Positions 1 through 10,278 are shown, numbered from the stretch's first letter. The stretch is 64,000 bases of DNA from Myxococcota bacterium (GCA_039028615.1 JBCCHT010000035.1:1-64000); one strand, 5' to 3'. Program-made: numbers and translations. The notes: generated by a model not told the origin, from the letters alone.

Positions 1-202
1 GCTGCTCGGTCACGACCACCTTTGCCTCCGTCTTCTCCGCGACTTTCACCCAATTCCTCACCGCGCTCTCCGTCAGGTCGAGCTCCTGAGCGATCTGCGG
101 AATGCTCTTGTCGGAGGTCTCGACGAGCCGGACGACCTCTGTCCGATACTCGTCAGTGAATTTTCGCCGCTTTCTTCTCTTCCGTGCCACTGGTGAACCC
201 AT
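1..202 (-). CDS. IS3-family transposase OrfA (HTH), partial, runs off left edge
   Basis: Manual translation from the ATG at 202: MGSPVARKRRKRRKFTDEYRTEVVRLVETSDKSIPQIAQELDLTESAVRNWVK... This is the typical IS3 OrfA HTH. Purine-rich RBS upstream. Absent from the ORF track because it has no stop in the window. Confidence 0.9.
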   Translation of the reverse strand, partial: MGSPVARKRRKRRKFTDEYRTEVVRLVETSDKSIPQIAQELDLTESAVRNWVKVAEKTEAKVVVTEQ

Positions 203-246
203 TTTCCTCTTTCCTTGGGTGTCCACCAAATCGGGGCAGGTCTACA
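1..246 (-). mobile_element. Left end of an IS3-family insertion sequence (IRL about 217-246)
   Basis: Minus strand from 246 reads TGTAGACCTGCCCCGATTTGGTGGACACCC, a 5'-TG IS3-type terminal repeat directly upstream of orfA. Confidence 0.8.
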
Positions 247-429
247 CCGCCCACCTGTAACGCCGGTCTCGCGGCCGGCCTGTCCCACTCCGTGGTGGTC
301 GTTTCGGCTAATACGCGTATGTTGTTCGCCTGTGGAAGCGCAGGACGGACCCCTCCGTTCACCGCATGGCTCCCGTTCCCGCAGTTCCTCGGTGAACCCA
401 ATCGAGTAGGTGCTAGGGTTTCGATCACC

Positions 430-1597
430 ATGTCCGCTTTCCTCAGGCTGTCGGCGCTCCTGAGTGCAGCCATAGTGTCGGGCTGTGCGGCAAAGAACCC
501 ACCCGGCCCCGTCGCCATAGAGTCGAAGTCAGTCGCCCCACGAACACCCGGGCCTTCCCCCTCGGCCCCCGCTGGTCGGGGCAGAAGCCGCGACTCCAAT
601 CAAAATCGAAGGCTACGAAGCAGTTGCCGAGGTTCTTGGCGCGAAGGACATCTCCTGGCGGGAGAGCCCGACGAGCATGGCCATAGCCCGACGCGGGGCG
701 CTGCGATTGCAACCGGACGGCCCCCCGTACGGCATTGAGGACCGAGACCCCTTCCCCAGTCCGCACCGTTTCATGGTCATCGAGAATGGGAAGCAGCCGA
801 GAATCGCGGTCGATGCGTCGAGCGTACGCCTATTGCCCTACGTGGAGCGCCGCGATGCACAACCGGTCGTCACGAAGCGCGTCCCCCTGCGTCCCACCCC
901 ATCATTCCTGTTCAAGGACCCACCGAGCCGCGGTCATGTCGTGGTCGGGTACGGCGTTTCGGTGGAGATATTGAACACCGCCAGCAACACCAGCGAGGTT
1001 CGCTTCACCGACCGCGACCGGACCTGGACTGGATGGATCGATGGTTCCGCGATCGACACGACTATCGACCGGAGCGATCGCCCCCTGCGGCCGCCACCCG
1101 ATTGGGACCAACCGAGGCCCTTCCGTATCGTGCGAGCCACATCACTCCGCGAGCGCCCCGATGGGAAGCTGTTGATCGAGCTCTCGGAAGGCGACGAAGT
1201 CGACGTCATCATCGACGAACCGGAGGAAGGATATCGGCTCGTCAAGCACTGGACCGTCTGCGACCCCGACATCGCCTATGTCGGCTACGTTCGCGCTCGA
1301 GACACGCGTCCCCCAGGAGTCGTATCCGGTCAAAGTTGCAGCAGCTCCAGCGGAGGAGGGGAAATGACCGCGTGGAGTACCTATGCGAAGCCGCCCCGAA
1401 CGGAGATCGAGGCAGGGCGTTTCTTGCTCGCGCCGCGTCGGCCGACGGTCGTCGGCTGCGTGCGACGGAAGGTCTCATTATCCTCGCTCGGAGACGGGGT
1501 CTACGCGGTACCGACGATGTGGGGCCCCGTCCACGTCCGGCTTGCACCCGAGAGCCTCGATGGTCCCTGCGGCACGGTAGAGTCGCCGCCGGATTGA
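430..1597 (+). pseudogene. Lipoprotein with SH3b-like domains, split by a +1 frameshift near 565-575 (or a sequencing error)
   Basis: Signal peptide and lipobox MSAFLRLSALLSAAIVSGC start at 430. The +1 frame reads PLVGAEAATPIKIEGYEAVAEVLG... straight into ORF 677..1597. SH3-like segments WTGWID and LRERPDG...YVGYVRARD. Confidence 0.6.
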
Positions 1598-1648
1598 GAT
1601 TGGCGAACAGGCAAGGGCGGAGTCACCCGGTGACGGCTCGCGGGGGCC

Positions 1649-3712
1649 CTACTCCTTCTGGGCCGTTGAGGCCCCCCCCTCCAGCACGGACATCCGCACC
1701 GGGGTCGACGAAGCCCTCCAAGACGCTCCACCAAGCCCCCGCTGGCCACGATCGTTCGGCCCCCAGGCCCAAAGCGTCCCATCGCGGCGAATCGCATACC
1801 CGTTCCTGTGCCCCAGGAAGACGGAGACCGCGTCCTCGATGCCCGGATCTCGACGTTCACCGACCCTCCTTCGACTCTCGCCGGTCCAATAGTGCACTGT
1901 TCCAGTACGGGTGACCAAGCCGACGGAGTCGTAGGAGACCGCCGCCCTCACGACATCGTGCTGAGGACCGAACCCGAAGTCGGTCAACACTCGCCAGTTG
2001 ACGAACTCGGCACAATCGAACAGCCCCCCAGGCGAAAGGACGCAGACTCCCGCACCACCAATGAAGAGCTCGTCCCGAGCGGCGGCGCGCAACGGCATTG
2101 CGAACTTGAAGGCAGAGGGCTCGCCCTCGGGAGCGACCGTGCATGCCGTTTCCGAAGGGTCATTGTGAGCACAGTCCACTCTTTCGTCGACGAGTTCGCA
2201 GCGAACACGGCCTCGCCGCACGGAGCAATGGTGGTAACCCGCCGCCATGACTCCCGCGGGAAGACGTGGGAAGACACGAGGCAGCTCGGCCCGCCCGTAG
2301 GTCGCGTGGAGGCACCGAAGCTCGGTGCCCGTATCGGCACAGGCGTGGTCCACCCGAGTGACGAGTTCCACGGCAGCGCCGAGATCGTGAACTTGACCAC
2401 TCTCGCTCCAGCAGAAAGCATTTCCCGCCACACGCGCGCAGGAGTCATTTCTCGAAACGAGAACTTGGTCGGCAGGTCCAGGCAAAGGAACTCGCTGCGG
2501 AGTCCCGAGAAACCTGGGGCTCCCGCTGGGTCCATGCGGGAGATGGTCACCGCCGCCCCAGCAGGACACCGTACCGCCGTCGTGAAGAGCACAGACCCCA
2601 TCGTCCGCTGCGCTGACGTGCTCGACGTTGGTCAGGGTCGGGACCCGAGTCGGCTCATAGCGGGCGACCTGAGGCGGCTGCGTCGACGCCGGCAGTCGAC
2701 TACCTCGGCACCATACGGAGCCATCGTCTCGACGAGCACAGGTGCGATGGTAGTCGACATCCAACTCGCTCACCCGATCGAGATGGACCGCAGGTGTGTC
2801 GTCCGGCTCGGTCGTGCACAACAGCGTGGTTCCGTCCAACCAACAATCGCCGCGACGAAGAACCGTGTCATGACCCGAAACCAGCTCTGCCGTCGTGAAT
2901 CCTCGCTCTGGGACATGGTCGAGCTCGTGCCAAACAGCCCATTGTCCATCCTCCAGTTGCGCCGAGCGGGCAGTTCCCAGGCTTCGTACCGGCGTGAGGC
3001 CACGAATCGTCTCCGGTTTGAGACGCCTGGGCGTTCCTTCTGTTTCGTTTCCCCCCCAACACTGCACGACCCCAGATTCGAGAACAGCGCACACAGAGCT
3101 CATGCTGGCCTCGATGTCGACAGCGGGACCAGCGAGTTCGACCGCCACCGGTTCCCCCCGTGACTTCCGAGTTCCATCACCGAGCTGCCCACTATCGTTG
3201 TTGCCCCAACAAGCGACCGTACCAGCCTGGTCGAGCGCACATGAAGCCCTGTTCATCAACGCAAAGTCCGTAGCACCGCTGACCGGTGCGAGGCTTCCAC
3301 GCTCGGAGAACTCCCGCTCGGCCCACAAGTTTTGTTCCACGGTTTGCCAGCAAACGACTCTTCCGGAGGGAGCGAGCAGCGCACACAACCGGTCTTCGGC
3401 GTCGTCGATATGAACGACGCGTTCCTCCGAGTCGAGTACATCGGCCACCGACAACGATGTCTCGAGAATCCGATCGGAGCCGTCCGTTGCGAAGCACTTG
3501 ATCTCGTCCCGGTTCATGATCGCACACGGATGAGCGAGAACCGTTTGATATCGCGGGCCTTCCGGTCGAGCCTCTTTCGTGGAGGTCGCCGGTTGTTGCT
3601 TCTCCGCCTCCGGCGCGACCGGCAGATGCGGCTCGGCTGCTTGCGATGTCACCTGATGACACCCCATGGGAGCAAAGACCACGAGAAATGCGAATCGCCA
3701 CGCACGGTTCAT
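1649..3712 (-). CDS. RCC1-like (BLIP-II-type) beta-propeller repeat lipoprotein
   Basis: Repeats SCALDQAGTVACWGNNDSGQLGDG, VCAVLESGVVQCWGGN and GTLWAWGPNDRGQRGLG. Start reassigned to MNRAWRFAFLVVFAPMGC (ATG at 3712, overlapping the upstream stop). Confidence 0.85.
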   Translation of the reverse strand: MNRAWRFAFLVVFAPMGCHQVTSQAAEPHLPVAPEAEKQQPATSTKEARPEGPRYQTVLAHPCAIMNRDEIKCFATDGSDRILETSLSVADVLDSEERVVHIDDAEDRLCALLAPSGRVVCWQTVEQNLWAEREFSERGSLAPVSGATDFALMNRASCALDQAGTVACWGNNDSGQLGDGTRKSRGEPVAVELAGPAVDIEASMSSVCAVLESGVVQCWGGNETEGTPRRLKPETIRGLTPVRSLGTARSAQLEDGQWAVWHELDHVPERGFTTAELVSGHDTVLRRGDCWLDGTTLLCTTEPDDTPAVHLDRVSELDVDYHRTCARRDDGSVWCRGSRLPASTQPPQVARYEPTRVPTLTNVEHVSAADDGVCALHDGGTVSCWGGGDHLPHGPSGSPRFLGTPQRVPLPGPADQVLVSRNDSCARVAGNAFCWSESGQVHDLGAAVELVTRVDHACADTGTELRCLHATYGRAELPRVFPRLPAGVMAAGYHHCSVRRGRVRCELVDERVDCAHNDPSETACTVAPEGEPSAFKFAMPLRAAARDELFIGGAGVCVLSPGGLFDCAEFVNWRVLTDFGFGPQHDVVRAAVSYDSVGLVTRTGTVHYWTGESRRRVGERRDPGIEDAVSVFLGHRNGYAIRRDGTLWAWGPNDRGQRGLGGASWRASSTPVRMSVLEGGASTAQKE

Positions 3713-5805
3713 TGTGTCTCCTCCCCCCACGCTTCGTAAAATGTCTCGGAAAGCCCACGTGGTTCTCGGCTGCATATGGGAGCGCCAGCACCAAGCCGCC
3801 CCCACGCAGCGTCGCCCCAACACCAGACGGTACCGCCCTCGTCCACCGCACAAACGTGTTTGTCTACCGCAGCCAGCTTCCGGACCTTCGTGCCCTCGAG
3901 CATTCGGGACTTGCCGTAGTCGCACCAAAGCTCGCCCGATTCGAAGAGAGCACAGCCCTCGGCGAGCTGGGCCACGCGCTCCCCGGTCGTTCTCTCGAGC
4001 TCCGAGGTGTGGACCTCGTCGCCGCCATTCCGCCTGCGGTTGATAAACGACCACACCCAGGTTCCGTATCCGTCTTCATCGACCCAGCCTCCTTCCCAGA
4101 GCGAAGCGATCGCTCCCTCGGGTGTCTTCAGGCTCTGCCAGATCGGGTATTCCGCGCCGAGGCTCCCGCGTTGAGGCGTTCGGCAGTTGAGTCTTCCTCC
4201 GCGGTGAAGGGCGCACAGCGACTCCCCGTATGGGCGAAGCTGCACCACATCGTCCACCGGACCGAAAGGCGCGTGGGATGCTCCGAGGCGTGGCCGGGGC
4301 GTGGGAAGATCTCGCATCGAGTAGCGATCGCGACGATTCTCTTCGAGCCAGTCGGCTTCACGCGCCTCCGCAGGGCTCAACAATGAAACGCAGGTCGGGC
4401 GGCCCCCCGAAAGCCAGCAAAGCGTCCCTGAACCATAGAGGCCGAGCTGGGTGCGAGAGTCCGCAGAGTCATCAAACAAATCGCTTGGCACTAACTCGAA
4501 CCACTCTGCCTCGCTCGAGCACCAAACGCTCCCCTTCTGGTCGACGATACAGCCCGGGGAATCAGGTCCTTCGAGCATCTGCCGAATGCCCTTCGGTCCC
4601 GCGGGAGGAACCAGCTCGGCCCTGCCACACGGGTCCGTCGAGTCTCCTGCGCACGCAACCTCGCCCCCGTCCGTGCGAACACACGTATGGCCTTCCGTCA
4701 CCCAGAGGTCTTCGACATTGGTCTCGACACGGATCGGCTCGTGGCGTAGCTGGGGTCTCAAACCGATCTGCCCACGGGTCGAGGAACCCCAGCAATGGAG
4801 CTCGCCTCCCGAAGTGACGGCGCAGCTGTGCTCCGCTCCCACATCGAGATCGATCACCGACAGGCCGAGGTCCGCACTTCGTTCGGGGGCCTGCCCCACG
4901 GCGTTGGAGCCTTTGCAACGCACACGATCTCCGTCCGCCACGCAGGTGTGCTCGGCACCGACTTCCATCCCCTGGTCGAGGAGAAGGTCCAGCCGCACCG
5001 CGCACGTCTCCGCGTATCCATCGTCGTCATGACCTCGTAGTGCCGTCTCGAATGGACAACCGATCCGATGCTCGTCTCTCCACGAATGGTCGCGTTTCGT
5101 GCTTTCCATGCGCGTTTTGTGAAACCTCAGGGGGGCGCCCGCGCGTGCTCGATCCAACAGCGCACGTCGCCCTTCGCCCTCTTCCAGCCCATACTCCTCG
5201 ACGACATGGCCTTCTTTGCCCGGCCAGCACCACACGCGGGCCTCCGCGAGCGCGCAGGTTCGGCCACCGTGAGTCACGAGCCGCTCGACGCCTTCCACGC
5301 CCGGGACGGTACGGGGCCAGTGATCAACGGTGCCCGACGTCGGTCTACCCAAGCCTCCCCATGAATTGTCGCCCCAACAGCGGACCTTGCCTCCGTCCTG
5401 GTCGACGGAGCAGGCGAAACCTCCTCCGGCTGAGATCCCCAGGGACGGTGGGACGTCAACGACCTGCGGTCGATGAGTGTCGATGGTGGGCTCATCCTCG
5501 GTGTACGCCATTCCTTGCCCAATGCATGCAACGCGCCCCGCGGCTGTGCGGGCACATGTCGACTCGGGCCCGGCCGCAACCTCTACGATGCGATCGACCG
5601 GCGTGGTTTCCGTTTCGGCTGGTGCCTCAGGCAAGGGCGACGGCGCCACGCTATCCACAGCGCCTCGGCAGCCGGCCAAAGCGAGGAACGCAGCCAAGTG
5701 TCGGGCCTCACCGAGGCGGAACGGGCCGCACCCGAACGGCCAGCGCAGGACCAACTTCGGCCCTGCGCATGCGTGGAAGCGGGTCTGACGAGAGAACGTG
5801 GGCAT
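3709..5805 (-). CDS. RCC1-like repeat lipoprotein (start uncertain)
   Basis: Repeats GKVRCWGDNSWGGLG, HSCAVTSGGELHCWGSSTRGQIG and HVCAVDEGGTVWCWGDAAWGRLG. Lipobox LALAGC. Confidence 0.8.
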   Translation of the reverse strand: MPTFSRQTRFHACAGPKLVLRWPFGCGPFRLGEARHLAAFLALAGCRGAVDSVAPSPLPEAPAETETTPVDRIVEVAAGPESTCARTAAGRVACIGQGMAYTEDEPTIDTHRPQVVDVPPSLGISAGGGFACSVDQDGGKVRCWGDNSWGGLGRPTSGTVDHWPRTVPGVEGVERLVTHGGRTCALAEARVWCWPGKEGHVVEEYGLEEGEGRRALLDRARAGAPLRFHKTRMESTKRDHSWRDEHRIGCPFETALRGHDDDGYAETCAVRLDLLLDQGMEVGAEHTCVADGDRVRCKGSNAVGQAPERSADLGLSVIDLDVGAEHSCAVTSGGELHCWGSSTRGQIGLRPQLRHEPIRVETNVEDLWVTEGHTCVRTDGGEVACAGDSTDPCGRAELVPPAGPKGIRQMLEGPDSPGCIVDQKGSVWCSSEAEWFELVPSDLFDDSADSRTQLGLYGSGTLCWLSGGRPTCVSLLSPAEAREADWLEENRRDRYSMRDLPTPRPRLGASHAPFGPVDDVVQLRPYGESLCALHRGGRLNCRTPQRGSLGAEYPIWQSLKTPEGAIASLWEGGWVDEDGYGTWVWSFINRRRNGGDEVHTSELERTTGERVAQLAEGCALFESGELWCDYGKSRMLEGTKVRKLAAVDKHVCAVDEGGTVWCWGDAAWGRLGAGAPICSREPRGLSETFYEAWGEETQ

Positions 5806-6002
5806 GTCGACAAGTGCTCCTATTTCGCGGCGCGGTGTTGGGAAACGAGACTGTGGACTCAGCGGATCTGTACTTCGATGCCCGCCATCCGTCATCAGAA
5901 CTTCCTTCGAAAGCAGAAATCGAGCCCTGGCCGCAGGCACCAACTCGCCCCGTTCTAGGCCCCACCACGGCAAAATTGGACCGCCTTTTTCTGACGTCTG
6001 CG

Positions 6003-6318
6003 TGTAGTAGCCCCCAATTCGACCGGACAGCTCCGCCGAGACGAAGCTGATGTAGAAACTCCTTTCCGACCTAACCCCACCCGAACCCGGCCGTCAACGC
6101 CGGTTCACCGCCGAGCAAAAGCGAGCCCTCCTGGAGGAAGCTTCAACCCCAGGCCAGTCCCTCTCCGAGACGGCCCGTCGATATGGCGTGTCCCCGAGCC
6201 TTCTGTTCAAATGGAAGCGAGCCATGGACGACGCGACGAAGAAAGGACTGAAGGCCAACCAGCGGGTCGTACCCGAGAACGAGTTCGAGAAGGCCAACGC
6301 CAGGATCCGCGAAAAACC
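6003..6318 (+). mobile_element. Degenerate IS3-family (IS2-like) remnant: IRL plus broken orfA
   Basis: TGTAGTAGCCCCCAATTCGACCGGACA at 6003. ATG at 6050 is immediately followed by TAG, then in frame RQRRFTAEQKRALLEEASTPGQSLSETARRYGVSPSLLFKWKR...EKANARIRE. No orfB follows. Confidence 0.8.
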
Positions 6319-6466
6319 ATGGGCATGCGAACGGATCCAACACGCCCTCGTTCTGTGGCACCCGCGGCACGGGCAGAACTCGTTGCTTCTTGCTCTTGGC
6401 CTTGGCTACTGTGCACCCAGGAACTTGGGATGGTCTTCCGCGGACCTTCTGTGAGTAGCTTGTGCA

Positions 6467-8584
6467 ATGCTCGATGACGACCGATTCGAGGGAGCGCCCG
6501 TCGCTCATCTACGGTACGCGGCTTTGCTTCCCTTGGCGGAGGCACGGCGCGTCGTAGAGAAATACGCGAACAACGGGACGTGGCGGCGGATCCCCGACGA
6601 ATGGTGGGATGCCGGTGGCAGGCTCGCGCACTGCGAGGGCTCACCGTGTCCACCCGCCGAATTCTACCCATGGGTCATCGACCTGGTGATCAAGTCCGAG
6701 CTCGACCATGATCTCACGTCGCTCCTCCTCCGGACGATCGACCAGATCATACTCACCGTCGAAGTGGACCCCACTCCGCAGCTCAACCAGTTGACACAGT
6801 GGTTCACGACGCAGGCGTCCCCCGGGCACGCCCCAATGGCCGCGAACCTGCTCCGCCACTGGGCGCCGCTGTGTCGGCACGACGGACTCTCCAGTCCCGG
6901 TATCCCCGAGGCGCTGCTGCCCATGGCCGAGTGGCTACTCATGCACGGTGCCGCGGAGCTGCGAGCGACGGAACCAGTCGGTGCTTCGTCGCGCCCTCAG
7001 CCGGAAGAAAGCGCCAAGCACTCCGAGCTCCTTCCTGCCCTGGTGGAGGCGATGCATGAGCATGGGCGTCGTGACCTTCTCGAGGTCTCGCTGCGATACG
7101 TGCTGCTTGCGAGGGTCCCCGGATGCGGCTGGTCGCCGAATCGCCCGAGTGGACTGTGGCCGCAGGTCGAGGCAGCACTTGAGGAAGGGGCAAGCGAGAG
7201 CCTGGCAACGGACATCGTTCTTCGCATCGGTCACCGAATCGAGCCATCGCTCGACTCGATCTGGGCGCCGCTGATCGACCCGGCGGGGTATCCGAAGGCG
7301 AGCGATGCCCTCCTACGTGGGCTTGGCCTCGGTCTCTTCGACGCGCGCGTGGCCCGGGAAGGCTGGAAACACGCATTTCGCCAGCCGCCACCGCGTGCGC
7401 TCCCCCCGTTTCAGGCACGGGAGGCGCTGTTGTTCGCTGTCGAGCAGCTGCGCTACTTCCTTCCGAGGGTCCGAGAACAAGGGCGCGAACGTTGCCCCGA
7501 GGTCGCACAGTGGACCGAGCGCCTCGCCGAGGAGCTGTTTCGTTTCTTCGGTATCGCCGGCCTGATGCGGATCCCCGTCGACGCCCTGCACCCCTTGCAA
7601 GGACTCCTCGGCTGGCACGACGACGCTACGACAGCGGTCGAGAACGTGCTTCGCAAGACGATCGACGCTGCCCCGACAACGAAGGAGCGTGAGCTCAGCT
7701 TGGCGATCTTGGCAGGGCCCATCGCGGCCCATGCGTCCCTTGAGCTACGGCTCCGGGCGGTCCTCACGACACTGGTGCCGTCCGCCTCACCGCCTGCTGC
7801 CCCCCCGCCCTCCGACCTCGCGACTGTGCGAGATCTTCTCACCCGCTTTGTCCACCACCCCTGGCTGGCACGCCACCACGGCATTCCCATCGGGGAACTC
7901 CTCGGTGGGCGTTCGATTATCGCCTTCGAGGAGTTGGACCAGGACGACAAGATCCGCCTTGAACGCGACCGCATCGTGATCGACCCGGAGTTCCATGCCC
8001 GGGTGCTGTCGGCCCCCACTGATCCCGAGCGCGCCGTGGCGCTATGCGCACTCTACTTCGTCCACGAGCTCATCCATCTCCCGCAGGGGATCGGGAGTTT
8101 CGCGACGGTTCAGGATGTCCGTTCGACTGGGGCCGAGATGACGCTGATGCATCTGGACCTAGGCGCCGATCACTGCGCGTGCCTGCTGGTCGCCGAGGCG
8201 TTCCCCACATGGGACCTCTTATGGCTCAAGGACGTCACCGGGCGGTCGCTTACAGAGTTCCCTGCCGGCCGCTTCACCACCCAAGCAGCCCGGTACCGCA
8301 AGGCCGCACGCCTTGTCTCCATTCGCTTGGATTACTTGGCGCGGTCGTCGGGGGTGGTGGCCCGCTGCGACATCGGCGACGGCTACCTGTTTGCCGACTA
8401 CGGGCCGGCCGGCGGGCATCTCCTGGTGCTGTCGTCGTCGCTGCCCATGGGCTTGGTCGGCTCGGCTCGCCTGGAACCGAAGGAGGCAGACGTGCTTTGG
8501 AGCGCGGCGGACCCTCCCGGCCGGATCGACGAAGTCGACGCGGTGCTGAAGCGGGCGCTACGAGACATGGGCCGGCCCGCATAG
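6467..8584 (+). CDS. Uncharacterised helical protein with C-terminal HExxH motif; probably the 3' part of a truncated gene
   Basis: 705-aa ORF with YFVHELIHLPQG. The same frame continues upstream across a single TGA (6452-6454) to the IS remnant. Confidence 0.6.
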   Translation: MLDDDRFEGAPVAHLRYAALLPLAEARRVVEKYANNGTWRRIPDEWWDAGGRLAHCEGSPCPPAEFYPWVIDLVIKSELDHDLTSLLLRTIDQIILTVEVDPTPQLNQLTQWFTTQASPGHAPMAANLLRHWAPLCRHDGLSSPGIPEALLPMAEWLLMHGAAELRATEPVGASSRPQPEESAKHSELLPALVEAMHEHGRRDLLEVSLRYVLLARVPGCGWSPNRPSGLWPQVEAALEEGASESLATDIVLRIGHRIEPSLDSIWAPLIDPAGYPKASDALLRGLGLGLFDARVAREGWKHAFRQPPPRALPPFQAREALLFAVEQLRYFLPRVREQGRERCPEVAQWTERLAEELFRFFGIAGLMRIPVDALHPLQGLLGWHDDATTAVENVLRKTIDAAPTTKERELSLAILAGPIAAHASLELRLRAVLTTLVPSASPPAAPPPSDLATVRDLLTRFVHHPWLARHHGIPIGELLGGRSIIAFEELDQDDKIRLERDRIVIDPEFHARVLSAPTDPERAVALCALYFVHELIHLPQGIGSFATVQDVRSTGAEMTLMHLDLGADHCACLLVAEAFPTWDLLWLKDVTGRSLTEFPAGRFTTQAARYRKAARLVSIRLDYLARSSGVVARCDIGDGYLFADYGPAGGHLLVLSSSLPMGLVGSARLEPKEADVLWSAADPPGRIDEVDAVLKRALRDMGRPA

Positions 8585-8786
8585 GCCGAGCGAGGCCGTC
8601 CTGCCCTGCTCCGCGTCATGACCTTAGGGATTCAAGGAGTCGCGACACGTTTTCGGGTTCGCGGCTGTGCACGATTTCCACGTCTTGCGTGGTGATCGGC
8701 GCACCGTGAACGACGACCGCGGCCGCCCCACCGACCAGGATGAACTCTAACCACGCATCCAACCCGCCAGCAGCAGGCCACTCAGC

Positions 8787-8987
8787 TCAGCCGGTGCGAC
8801 GGGCACGGCGAAGTTCCTCTAGCCACGCCGCGATGCGAACGGCCCGGTCCAACCGTGCTCGAAGAGAAAGAGTGGCAAACCAGTCGAGCAAGTCACCGTC
8901 GACCTCGTCTGCCGCGAGGACAACGTCGGGGTCCGCAACGCGTAGGCACTCGATCAGGGCATCGAATAGCCGCCTGGACGCCAGCAT
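8787..8987 (-). CDS. Small hypothetical protein or gene fragment
   Basis: 66-aa ORF with protein-like composition (DEVDGDLLDWFATLSLRARLDRA). No family recognised. Confidence 0.3.
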   Translation of the reverse strand: MLASRRLFDALIECLRVADPDVVLAADEVDGDLLDWFATLSLRARLDRAVRIAAWLEELRRARRTG

Positions 8988-9215
8988 TCATCCAGCAACG
9001 GGTAGTACCCCTCGGCGTTGGGTCCACCACCTCGGCAAACCGCCCTCCACTTTCCACTTTCGCTCGCGAGCGTTGCCGCTATGTTGCCGCAACACTGCGG
9101 ACCACCCCGGAGCGCGACGGAATCAGACGGGACGGCGGAGACCAAGTTCTCGAACAATCTTGGGGGATTGGCGGCCAAGTTGCCGTCTCCGTTGAGGTTC
9201 GCCCTCCCCTACTCT

Positions 9216-9242
9216 CAGGTTCGATTCCTGTGCGCCTCCGCC
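9216..9242 (+). mobile_element. 3' fragment of a tRNA-Sec (selC)-like gene, probable integrase att site
   Basis: CAGGTTCGATTCCTGTGCGCCTCCGCC gives a T-arm (CAGG-TTCGATT-CCTG), an 8-nt acceptor 3' strand, a G discriminator and CC. This matches the layout of bacterial selC 3' ends. No complementary 5' acceptor strand upstream. Confidence 0.6.
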
Positions 9243-9289
9243 GTTTAGTCTGACTTCAAATACTCAAGATCTCACTCCCCTGCCGTTGC

Positions 9290-9410
9290 CGCTGGGTGCC
9301 ATGGTTGTTCCTCGTCGAGCAGGTCGGCGGGGCGCTCGGCGAGAGGTCCGCGTACCTCATCGTCATTGCGACCGAGGCATGACCGAGGAACGCAGCCTCG
9401 TCGATGGACG
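9290..9410 (-). pseudogene. Tyrosine recombinase/integrase C-terminal remnant
   Basis: AFLGHASVAMTMRYADLSP is the LGH...Y catalytic box II of tyrosine recombinases. The rest of the gene is absent. Confidence 0.75.
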
Positions 9411-9699
9411 GCCGCGACAGGAACACGCGGCGACCTCCTGAGGGGCGCGAGCGGTTGTCGTGCTCGACGCGCCGATCGGGGGCCTCGCCATCAGCGAGCT
9501 GCTGCGCGACGTTGGCGTGGACTGGGAACATCGAAATCGAGTCCCATGAGACGTGTCGTAGGCGCCCGGTGCCCCTTCCCGTGTTTGTGCGCCGAAGAGT
9601 GCATGGTTCCATGGGCAGCAGTTGATGATCTACCGGTAGGCACGCCTGTTCTCGGAGCGTTGAGCGAATGCCCGCACAGCGCGCGACGGGAGGGGGGCA

Positions 9700-10125
9700 A
9701 GACGACCGTGGCAGGGGGCTGCTCTCGGTCGGCTCCGACATCGATCTCGTCGAGGTCCACTTCCTCGACAACTTCGCCCAGTTCGAGAGCGCAGGAGTCT
9801 ACTCGCAAGTCTCCACCCTGACGATGATCGACGGGGTGATAGCGAGCAACTCGCCCCCATGGAGCGGCGGTGGTGTGTCGACCTCGGGCTCGACCTTGTT
9901 CTTCGTGGGGACCGTCTTCGAGTCGAACGACGCCTCCGCGGGCGGTGCCTTCGACCTCAGCTCGTCCACCGCGACCTTCGACCAGGTCCTGTTCCACGAC
10001 AACACCGCCAACTTTGGCGGCGGCATCTCGATGGTTGGCTCGAACCTGACCGTCACCAACAGCGTCTCGATGGCAATATCGCCTCGGGGCTCGCCTTCAG
10101 CCCGGGCGGGGCCCTCGACGCCAGA
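9700..10125 (+). pseudogene. Fragment of a beta-helix protein with polymorphic-membrane-protein-like (FxxN / GGA) repeats
   Basis: FESNDASAGGAF and FHDNTANFGGGIS. Frameshift near 10070 into DGNIASGLAFSPGGALDA. No proper N- or C-terminus. Confidence 0.65.
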
Positions 10126-10278
10126 TCGGCCGCCAAAGATCCCTATCCGCGGTCGCCCGGCATCAAAGGGTCAATCGAGCCGGCCTACTTCGACCCACCA
10201 AGAATTCGCAGCCAATGCTTCCAAGGCCGCGTGTCATAGCCTGTCATGTCGGGGCTGCGCCTGGGTCGTCATAGTTGA

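Noticed and set aside
9150..9262. Intact tRNA-Sec, or a permuted tRNA (D-arm-like GCCGTCTCCGTTGAGG at about 9182 and GACTTCAAAT at about 9252)
   Set aside because: There is no 5' acceptor strand, and the anticodon-like 10-mer lies after the 3' end without a stem. These short matches may be chance, so only the 3' fragment is reported.
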